A stretch of 39,515 nt of DNA, taken from Nematocida ausubeli (lineage: Eukaryota). The notes beneath the pieces are model-generated. The model was not told the origin of the DNA, ran no database searches, and saw nothing but the letters and a program-made list of their open reading frames with translations. Shown in pieces: positions 29,344 through 38,000 of this stretch (its first letter is position 1; each line of letters starts with the position of its first letter). The position numbers and the translations under genes are program-made. The DNA is taken from assembly GCF_000738915.1 (NCBI RefSeq), contig NW_026515638.1, positions 642,882 through 682,396 on the forward strand, read 5' to 3'.

Positions 29344-30123
29344 TTTATATTTTATTTTCTTTTAATTAGCGCTGTCTAGAAAGTACCAGATTCTTTATAG
29401 CATTCTGTGTGATTAGCACACATCACCCGAATATAACTCAAAAAGTTGATCCGTTTATTTATTTGAAACAATTTTACTGTATTAGGTGAGTGTCTGTGCA
29501 TGCAGTCACCTTGCATCCGTAATCAAATTGATTCTCTCCATATTCTATGCGCAATAGCTGCAGATTTCTTCTTTTCTGCAAAGTATATTCAGATGGCGGG
29601 CCAAATTAAATTCTTTCCTGCTAGTGACTTAAAATAATACTCTAAATGATCATCCTTTACTCTATGACAGCTCTAATAAAAAATTATGGCATGCATCTGG
29701 CTGTCAAAAAATCGCCATAAAACACCTCTATGCTGCAGGCCAGTCTATACTTTTAATTATGTGGATCTTTTTAGAAAACATTACATAAAACATGCACTGG
29801 CTGTACTAATGATCATTTTTGTGTAGATGCGTTGCCTCTTCCTAACACACACTGCTGTTAAAACAACTCTTTTGTCTGGGTGTAGTGCGTCTCTAGAGCA
29901 TCTAAACTGGGCTTCTACTTTACAAAAGAAAAGCTCATACTTTATAGTTTGCAGAAGGCCTATTCTTATATATATGCAAGTCAGATGGCAACCCAGCTTA
30001 AAATATATTTGATTTATGCAGCTTGGTTTATATACCAAAATCACGCAAAGAGCTTTAATAAATAGTAAATTTATAATATATGTCCATGTAAACCAGCTTA
30101 ACATTTATTCCATGCATCCCTCT

Positions 30124-31785
30124 TTAAATCCAGTGCTGCCCTGTTATTTTGTAGAGAACCCTCTTGTATGCTATCAGCTCAAGAAGATGCTTCCTGTCTG
30201 GAAGGTCAATTAGATGCATAAACTTGTTAAAGAGGAACATCTCCTCAGAAAAGGCTGTCTGTGCCTGCTGTATGCACTCCTCCTTGGACAGGATTCCCCG
30301 CGTGTGCATGTTCAGCAGGAAGTACATATACTCCTCCAGGTGCTCTTCTGGCTTTTCTCGCTCCTCCTGCTTTCCGTAAAGCACGCCGCTTGAGGAGCTT
30401 CGGATTCTTCGGATGCGGTTTACCTCGTCTGGAATACTGCTCAGGTAGTACCCTGCTAAAAAGAGATACACCTCCTTCTCCAGCACGTTCTCCATGCGGC
30501 CCAGAATGCCTTTGATTGCTTCAGTGTACTTCTCTGGGAGCGGGTGCTTGCTGTAGATGGCCCTCAGGGTGGAGGACTGGCTGTACTGGAACCCAAGCTT
30601 TATGTGGTTGGGCGTCAGAATGTCCAGCTCAAGAAGCAGCGTGATCGCGTGGTGCACGCACTCTCTGTCCCGAATGCACGCGGAGATCTCTTCGCATCCT
30701 TCTGGGCTGCCGATCAGGGAGAGAATGTACAGCTTTTGTATCTTCTCTCTCTGCGTGTCCTCGTGCGTGATTATGAACGGGTCTGTCTCCAGCTTAATTG
30801 TGTGCTTCTGCAGAAGGAGAAGAATTGACTCAAGTGCGTCTGTCTTGTGCCGGGTTCCTATGTAGCTTATGAGGCTGTTTGCAATCTTCTCTACCATTGC
30901 AAGAGAGAGCGCGCCTTTGTTTATGATTGCAAGCTCTCGGAGCGCGCACAGCGGAAGAAACTCCAGCACCTGCGCAGCCACCTCCACTGCATCAGACGAC
31001 GGGTGGATGCGCAGCAGCCGGCACAGCTGAGAGAAAAGAAGCGCAAAGTTTCCGGCTGCCTCCTCTATGCTCTGTCTATGCGCGCACAGTGTTCGAAAGC
31101 AGGCAGACACGTCCTCGCTGCTAAAGGTATACGGCTTGGCCTCTTCTATTGCAACAATTGCGGATATGGCTGCGCTCAGAACCACTGGGCTCTTTTCCTG
31201 CAGACACTGCTTAATCCGCTCCAGCTTTGTCTCGCCAAACACCCTGACCAGCGTGGGTGCTGCAAGAAGAGCTGACTTTTTGACAATGTCGGACTCTGAG
31301 GAGTATCTTTTTTCTATTTCGTGTGTGAAGTGGTTCAGAAACTCTGCGTCTGCTATCTTTGAGATAAAGTCGATTGCCAGCGCAGCGCGCAGTGCCGGAG
31401 ACGGGCCGGTGCCCTCGTGCCCCGAGTTCATCTCCTGCATAAGCGAGTTTACTGCAAGGATCAGAAGAGACGAGTCACTTCGCACAGAGCGCAGGATGAA
31501 GGAGTATGCGAGACACTTTATTTCTATCGCAGAGTGCCCTATCATGCTCAGAATCTGCGGGAACACGTGCGCCTTTTCCTTGTGTGAGAGGCCCTTCATG
31601 GATATCAGGTGGAAGGCCTCCTGGAGCTTGCTCTTCTCCTCTGAGGCAAGAAGCTCTTTGACCTGCTCAAACACGCTTTTCAGTCTTGCTGTTGAGTTTG
31701 CAACTAGTGCGCTTTTCATGGTGTACATGCCTTTGTTTATTTCCCTCCATATGTATGTCTTTTTGTTTGTTTGCTGTTGTCGCAT
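30124..31785 (-). CDS. Adaptor protein complex beta subunit (Adaptin_N trunk), AP-3 beta-like
   Basis: First in-frame ATG is 31785 (the track start is TTG). VKELLAS..KLQEA; FPQILSMIGHSAIEIKCLAY; LILAVNSL; RAALAIDFISKI; VKKSALLAAPTL; LQEKSPVVLSAAISA match beta-adaptin N-terminal repeats. There is no hinge or ear. Confidence 0.75.
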   Translation of the reverse strand: MRQQQTNKKTYIWREINKGMYTMKSALVANSTARLKSVFEQVKELLASEEKSKLQEAFHLISMKGLSHKEKAHVFPQILSMIGHSAIEIKCLAYSFILRSVRSDSSLLILAVNSLMQEMNSGHEGTGPSPALRAALAIDFISKIADAEFLNHFTHEIEKRYSSESDIVKKSALLAAPTLVRVFGETKLERIKQCLQEKSPVVLSAAISAIVAIEEAKPYTFSSEDVSACFRTLCAHRQSIEEAAGNFALLFSQLCRLLRIHPSSDAVEVAAQVLEFLPLCALRELAIINKGALSLAMVEKIANSLISYIGTRHKTDALESILLLLQKHTIKLETDPFIITHEDTQREKIQKLYILSLIGSPEGCEEISACIRDRECVHHAITLLLELDILTPNHIKLGFQYSQSSTLRAIYSKHPLPEKYTEAIKGILGRMENVLEKEVYLFLAGYYLSSIPDEVNRIRRIRSSSSGVLYGKQEEREKPEEHLEEYMYFLLNMHTRGILSKEECIQQAQTAFSEEMFLFNKFMHLIDLPDRKHLLELIAYKRVLYKITGQHWI

Positions 31786-32097
31786 GGTTCTTTCCTTTCT
31801 TCCTGCAATGTGTTGTCTTAAAGCAGGCTGTTTGCTGCTGCTCAAACCCTCCCTTTCATAGCCGATTTTTTATGTGCATCTTTTGCATTTTCCTGTTCCT
31901 TCGTCTTTTTTTGATGTTTTTGTACTCTTCAGTATATTGTATGTAGACATAAAAATATATTTTATTTCTGCAGAGGTTTAGAAATTTAAAAAAATAGACA
32001 TAACAAAAGGCTGTCACAAACAAATATAATACTACACTAAGAACACTGAAATAAAGAAAATATTACACCGACACAAGAAGATATTTTGTTGAACTTA

Positions 32098-32110
32098 ATT
32101 CGGGTTATAT
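32098..32110 (-). promoter_or_regulatory. Recurrent intergenic 13-mer ATATAACCCGAAT (copy 3)
   Basis: ATTCGGGTTATAT on the + strand, between the 417-aa gene end and the adaptin start. Confidence 0.5.
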
Positions 32111-32223
32111 GTACTATTGCTCTTGCCCTATAGAGATACTTTGTAAATATTATAGTAGTTTTATGGCCAACCCATTAAATATAACGGCATGCATAGAAAG
32201 CTCATTTATTAAATAGATCCTCT

Positions 32224-33477
32224 TTACAATATAGACTCCGTGGAGGAGGATCTGAAAAGATTGTATGCTGTGAATACGCTTGTTAAAACTCCAAAGAAAC
32301 TTATTCCTTTTCGAACAATACTCATGTTTCTCTTAGGAAGGGCGACAGGCTTGGCTACCATCTTCTTAAATAAGTTAATTCTTGCTTTAATGTATTCCTT
32401 AGCTGATTCTGGCAAATCATGGCAAGTTTTAAAGAATGCATTCATTCTAGAGTCAATGGTTTTTTCTCTATACTTAAATCCTGTTGGATTTTTAATAAAA
32501 GCTAAAGAAATAGAAGAGCTGTTATTCTGGGCCACCAAGGCTTCATAGTCGATGTATTTCTCTGCATCCTTTGTAATTTCGCGAATGGCATTAAGCACGC
32601 AAAGTACTAAAGAGTCCGAGCGGGAAAGCTCAAAAAGAAGCTGCTTCTCGTAATCTGTTAGCAAAAAAGACCTTATGTTGTTTTTTTCAGTATACTGATC
32701 CAAGATAACCCGAAGTCTAATGAGTATATCTATTGCATAGTCTATGTTGTACACTCCGTCTGGTCTCTTCTCAAAAAGATCTAAATCTTGGACTTTGCAC
32801 CCGTTCTCGTCCAAGTATGCTAAAAAATAAAATAGACTCTCTATTAGTGCGTCGTGTGTGCACGGGTTTGTGAACGTATTTTCATTTATAACTCTGAATG
32901 CATACAAAAGATAGCTGTCAGTTTTTAGCTCAGAATGCAATAGTATATATGTGTACCAACTGTTGATATTATTTTGTGCAAGCTGTATGGCGTTTTGCAA
33001 ACCATCATTGCATAGCGTATTTATTAAAGTGATAATAAAATCTCTCTGATTGCGGGCGCTATCTTTTGTTTGCAGGATTGGTAGATCAAGGGTTTTTAGG
33101 TAATTTACTATATTTGCCTCTATAATTCGCCTTGTTATGGTTTTAAAAACCTCCTGATTATGGGGAGAGATACTTGAATCCATTTCTATATCTAAACTTC
33201 TAGTCACTGTATTTAAAATGAAAGGAAGTGCATCTATTCTCTTTGTAAAAAGAAGATCATTATCAGCACTAAATATTTTATCTGCTAGTGCAACAGCTGT
33301 TATTGGGTCAAGTTTTACTTTCATGTATACATTGCCCTGGAAAACCTCTCCTTGTGGCTTTTCAAATATAGCAGGAAGTGTATAGTCATGAACATCTGCA
33401 GTTTCAAGAATTAATTCTTCTCTGTTACAAACAGCCGCTGCTTGGTTAACAGACTTTTCTTCCTTAGGAAACATCAT
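32224..33477 (-). CDS. Hypothetical AT-rich helical protein with C-terminal hydrophobic segment
   Basis: 417-aa ORF; C-terminal GISFFGVLTSVFTAYNLF preceded by basic residues; no signal peptide; no family recognised. Confidence 0.75.
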   Translation of the reverse strand: MMFPKEEKSVNQAAAVCNREELILETADVHDYTLPAIFEKPQGEVFQGNVYMKVKLDPITAVALADKIFSADNDLLFTKRIDALPFILNTVTRSLDIEMDSSISPHNQEVFKTITRRIIEANIVNYLKTLDLPILQTKDSARNQRDFIITLINTLCNDGLQNAIQLAQNNINSWYTYILLHSELKTDSYLLYAFRVINENTFTNPCTHDALIESLFYFLAYLDENGCKVQDLDLFEKRPDGVYNIDYAIDILIRLRVILDQYTEKNNIRSFLLTDYEKQLLFELSRSDSLVLCVLNAIREITKDAEKYIDYEALVAQNNSSSISLAFIKNPTGFKYREKTIDSRMNAFFKTCHDLPESAKEYIKARINLFKKMVAKPVALPKRNMSIVRKGISFFGVLTSVFTAYNLFRSSSTESIL

Positions 33478-33730
33478 AAAAAATTTTAAAATCTAACGAA
33501 ATTTAAACGATACTTTCTCTTACTATGTATAAAAGTACAGCACGTAGTAAAAGATCCAGGAAAACTTTTGATTTAGGCTTCTCTCTTTTTGGATGTGATT
33601 TTTATTCAAAAGTGTATCTAATATGCATTTCAGCATAGCAAAAAGTAAAGAAAAACCTCCTGAACTACTAAAAAAATGAAACGAAAGCAGTGTACCGCGT
33701 GCACGAAATAAACAAAAGTTCCCGTTGCTT

Positions 33731-34510
33731 CTACTTAGTCTCTTTTTTCTTCTGCGCATTGAACTCATTCTTCATCTTCCGCAGCAGACACACTCTCTCA
33801 ACAGGAGTCTTTCCCTTAAAACCCTCAATTTCTGAGACAAGTTCTGTGTTGATGTAGAAGTTATGCTTTTTCTCTTCCTCTACAGTTAAAAATATTCTTT
33901 CCAGAGAAATGCAGGCTGGGTCTGGGACAAGCGTTCTTCGGAATTGCAGGTTACTCTCTCGGTACTCATGTCCGTAGTACACCGCCGTTGCAGGAGGAAG
34001 GGCTGCAAGTCGGGAAAGAGCAGCATACATCATCTCTCCCGTGCCCTCTGTGAAAAGTCCGCACCCCAGGTAGAACAGAGTGTCCCCCACAAAGACTGCT
34101 TTTTGCTCGCGCTTTGTGACATCGTGCACAACATACGCAAAGCTATCCTGGGTGTGGCACGGAACGTGCATGCACTCGATCTGCAGAGAGCCCACTTGAA
34201 TAATATCCCCGTCTTTGCATGTCTTTGTGCAGTATGCCTTCTCAGAGCCTGCATATATTTCAGCCTGCGGAAACCTTCTTTTTATTTCCTTGTTCCCAGA
34301 CGAGTGGTCCTCGTGGTGGTGCGTGGTGAGAGACACAACTGTAGCCTCTAGTGCAGAATGCCTTTTTGCAGCCTCCTCTATTTTCATTGGATCCACTGGG
34401 TCGACAAAGATAAGCTCACTCTGCGGACCAACCACCACGTACATTAGGTTGGTTTCTCTTGCACCAATGGGAACTATCAGCATAACACTGCAAAAGTTTT
34501 CTGCTTTCAT
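33731..34510 (-). CDS. GLO2: Hydroxyacylglutathione hydrolase (glyoxalase II), metallo-beta-lactamase fold
   Basis: TTHHHEDHSSGN, VPCHTQD, FVGDTLFYLGCG, YYGHEY and LRKMKNEF. Start is ATG 34510 or 34483 (MLIVPIG..NLMY, which aligns with typical GLO2 starts). The track extension to 34690 overlaps the next gene. Confidence 0.93.
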   Translation of the reverse strand: MKAENFCSVMLIVPIGARETNLMYVVVGPQSELIFVDPVDPMKIEEAAKRHSALEATVVSLTTHHHEDHSSGNKEIKRRFPQAEIYAGSEKAYCTKTCKDGDIIQVGSLQIECMHVPCHTQDSFAYVVHDVTKREQKAVFVGDTLFYLGCGLFTEGTGEMMYAALSRLAALPPATAVYYGHEYRESNLQFRRTLVPDPACISLERIFLTVEEEKKHNFYINTELVSEIEGFKGKTPVERVCLLRKMKNEFNAQKKKETK

Positions 34511-34516
34511 TACAGA

Positions 34517-34999
34517 ATGAATCACAGAGTTATTGAGATAAAGCAGCTGAGGGGAGAGTGTCGTGTTGTTGAGGTGGAGCCAGACCACGCAGTGTACATT
34601 GCAGATATATCTGAGTCGCAGGTGGTTATTAAAGGAAAGTGCATGAAAGTGGTTGCGATTGATGTGCAGAAGAGCATGATAGCAGTTCATTCAGTTGCTG
34701 TCACAGTGGAGGTCGCCCGGGCAAAGGCGTCGCTGTTTGTTCTGGGCGCGTGCCCGATGGCAGTGCTTGAGCAGTGCGTTGAGTGCCGCATAGGCGTGGT
34801 GGGAAAGAAAGCGGAGATGCGGCTGCGGAGATGTGCGTCTCTTTCACTCGTGCGCCTAGAGGGTGTAAACATGGAAAAGGAGACTCCCGAGTCGCTGGAT
34901 GAGATGTGCCGGAGCAAGAAAGAGGAGCACCTTCCAGACGAGATGCAGATTCTTTTGGAGGAGGGTGCTGTGAAGAGCAGTATAGTAAAAAATGGATAA
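34517..34999 (+). CDS. SRV2: Adenylyl cyclase-associated protein (CAP/Srv2), C-terminal CARP beta-helix domain only
   Basis: AVYIADISESQVVIKGKCMKV...TVEV..CPMAVLEQC...EEHLPDEMQILLEEGAVKSSIVKNG parallels the CAP C-terminus (SIFIGKC..VQIKGKVNAI...EFPIPEQ..F.DGKFKSAVFEHAG). Confidence 0.8.
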   Translation: MNHRVIEIKQLRGECRVVEVEPDHAVYIADISESQVVIKGKCMKVVAIDVQKSMIAVHSVAVTVEVARAKASLFVLGACPMAVLEQCVECRIGVVGKKAEMRLRRCASLSLVRLEGVNMEKETPESLDEMCRSKKEEHLPDEMQILLEEGAVKSSIVKNG

Positions 35000-35068
35000 A
35001 TATATAAATAAAGAAAGAACAGAATCTTTATAGTAGGGAGGGCTGTTTATGCCCAATCAGAGAGGAAT

Positions 35069-38000
35069 TTAGAAGATGTTTCCTTCATTAGCAGTCCTAT
35101 TTATCTGTGGTAGTTTTTTAAATTTCAGCGGGTTGTTGAAGATTTTCTTACGGCGATTGGGCTTTCTGGCCTTTTGCAATGCAGGATCCTCTATAGCAGA
35201 TGCTTCTGAAGAGTTCTGTGCGGTAGAATTAACATATGGAGAGACATCTTTTGCAGGAGTGGATGGAGTAGTAGTGGGAGTTTTTGCAAAAGTAGTGGTA
35301 GGTTCAGCAGTAGTAGGTTCACTAGGAGTAGTTGTCTCACTAGAAGTAGTTGTCTCAGTGGGTGTGGTAGGATCACTAGAGGTGATAGCAGGTTCACTGA
35401 AGGCAATATTAGTTTCACTAGAAGTAGTTGTCTCTGTGGGTGTGGTAGGTTCTGTAAAAGCAATATTAGGCTCAGTAGGAGTGATATTAGTCTCTGTGAG
35501 TGGGGCAGAATCACCAGAAATATTAGGCTCAGTAGGAATGGTTGTCTCTGTAGAGATGTTAGTTTCAGTAGGGGCAGTAGGATTACTAGAAATAGTTGTT
35601 TCTGTGGGGGTAGTAGGTTCATTAGAGATGATTGTTTCTGTAGGAGTAGTTGTCTCAGTAAGGATGGCAGGTTCACTAGAGACAATATTCAGCTCAGTAG
35701 GAATATTAGTCTCTGTGGGTAGGATAGAATCTGTAGAATCAATATTAGTCTCTGTATGAATGACAGATTCACTAGAAATAGTTGTCTCAGTAGGAGTAGT
35801 GGGTTCATTAGAGATAGTTTTTTCTGTAAAGACAATATTAGTCTCAGTAGGAATATTTGTCTCTGTGGGTATGGTAGGATCTGTAGAAGCAATATTAGGC
35901 TCAGTAGGAATATTTGTCTCAGTAAGTGTGGTAGGATCTGTAGAAATGATGGCAGATTCACTGGAAATAGTTGTCTCTATAGAAATATTAGGCTCAGTAG
36001 GGGTGGTAGGTTCTGTAGAGACAATATTAGTATTAATAGGAATATCTGTATCACTAGAGACAATATTAGTCTCAGTAGGGGTGGTGTGTTCTGTAGAAGT
36101 GATGGCAGGTTCGCTAGAAATAGTTGTCTCTGTAGGAGTGATATTAGTCTCAGTGGGAGTGTCTAGACTAGAGGCAAAAGAACTCTTACTGGTGGCTGGT
36201 GTCTCGCTAGAAGACTTCTCTTCAGAAATAAGCGCTTCTGTGCGTGGGCTGTTTATCTCTGGCAGTTCTTCTATAGGAGGTGTTTTTTCTATATGCGCTG
36301 GATTATCAGAGACAGTGGGACCTTCACTTATAAGAGTCTCTTTAGAGGGGCTTGTGTTTGCTTCAGGCTCTTTTCCACGCGAATCAGAAGGTTCGTTGTG
36401 TACTTCAGGCATATTCGAGGCCTCTGTCTTGTTTTCGGGTAGGTCATCAAGAGAAGTGGCTGCTGTGCCAGGAATAGACGGTTCCTGAGGCGGTGGAGTG
36501 GGAGTTTCTTCTGCAGTAATTGTCTGCTGTGGGACAGGTGTGCTGGTGTCTATCTGTTCTTCATCTTTTTGGCCGACTGTGCCTGGCTGATATTCTGTGG
36601 TCGTGTGTTCTTCAGTGGGGTATTCGCTGAAGACAGATGAAGCACCGCTTCCTTCTGCTCCTGCATGGTCCTGCAGACACTGCTGCAGATCCTTCTCTGC
36701 ACGCACATTTCTCGCAATCGCCCTGCTTTCTGCCTCTTCCAAGGAAGCAGCGGAGGCCCCGATCATGTCAAGTGTCTGGCTGGCTGTTTTGTATTTCTTG
36801 CTGTGCTCAGGGCCATTTGGAGTAATACTGGCACCACTGGCTGTGCTTGTTCTTGTCAGTCCTTCTCTGATCTGGGTAAGGGTTTCATCCAGCTGTGCGC
36901 GTATATTAACTGTCTCAGACACTATTTTTTGTATGGCCTTGTCCTTGCTGTCCAGGTCTGCCTCATTTGCTATTCCTGTCTCTTCAATCTCTGCCAGAAT
37001 ATGCTTTATTTCGCTGCTAAGATCCTGCAGTGTCTGTGCATACTGATCTTCCATGGACACCTGCTCACATATTCCTTCCTGCACCAAGGGCCAGTAACTG
37101 CAGTGATTTGCTGCATCTTCGTGAAGACGCGCAGCTTCTTCAGAGTACTCAAAGCACTTGCTCTGGGCTGTGCCGTTTGAAGACGCAGATGCATTTGGGT
37201 GCAAAGCCTGGTCTACGCTCTTGCACACAGAAGAAAGCACAGTCTGTGCAAGGGAGAGCGAGGACACGCCTGCATCTGAGAGCATGTTTACCTGACACGC
37301 ACTTTCAAAAGCAACTGTCTGGTTCAGATGCGCATCCACCTTGCGCGTGCTCTGTCCGATGTGCTCCAGTGCCTCGCTAGCCTGGGATGCAGCCACTTCG
37401 ACTGCTGCCTTCTCCTGCACCAGCATGGCTCTGAGCGGCTCTATACTTTTTTTTGAGTCGCAGCCTTTTTCATCTGGAGAGCCTTTCAGAAGACCTGTGT
37501 TTCCTGCGCCAAACCCAGTTTCCTCAAGAAGAGCGTCTATTTTGGCTTGCATATTCCTTCTGCTGCCAAGATGCACGCTTTGTTTCTCTTCATACTCCTC
37601 TATAGCTGTTTTAGTCTGTGCTATCTGCTTGAGGATCGCCTGGGTGTCTCTGTTCAGAGCAGACACGTCTTTCTGAAGGGAGCTAATGTGGGTGTGCGCC
37701 TCTGCAGTAGTATTCCTTTCCTGGGATATGCGGCTCTCAATTGTAGAATATGTAGATGATAGCTTGGTTGTTTCGTCCTTTAGAGCGCGCAGTGTGTCTT
37801 TGAGAGATTCTATCTCTGCAGAGGCGTCTTTTTCTTTCTGTCTGCTGCTATGTATGCGGTCTGCAACTTTTCTCTGTGCAGATGGCTGCAGCAGAAAGTT
37901 GTTGGCTGGGTGCAGAGTACTTTGCGCATCTAGCTCTGCTGCGTGCGACAGCTGTATGTCTCCTGCTGCAAGGCTTTTTCTTAGCCAGGCTGCAGCATTG

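Noticed and set aside
29781..30213. Small ORFs in AT-rich spacers (also 2303-2551, 13331-13600, 17731-17919 and 33523-33768)
   Set aside because: Non-ATG starts or overlap with real genes, I/F/L/Y/K-biased composition and no recognisable features.
35260..36160. Regularly recurring AATATTAG(T/G)CTCAGTAGG words suggesting a CRISPR-like array
   Set aside because: Units are codon multiples inside an intact ORF, the intervening segments are themselves repetitive, there are no cas genes and the context is eukaryotic.
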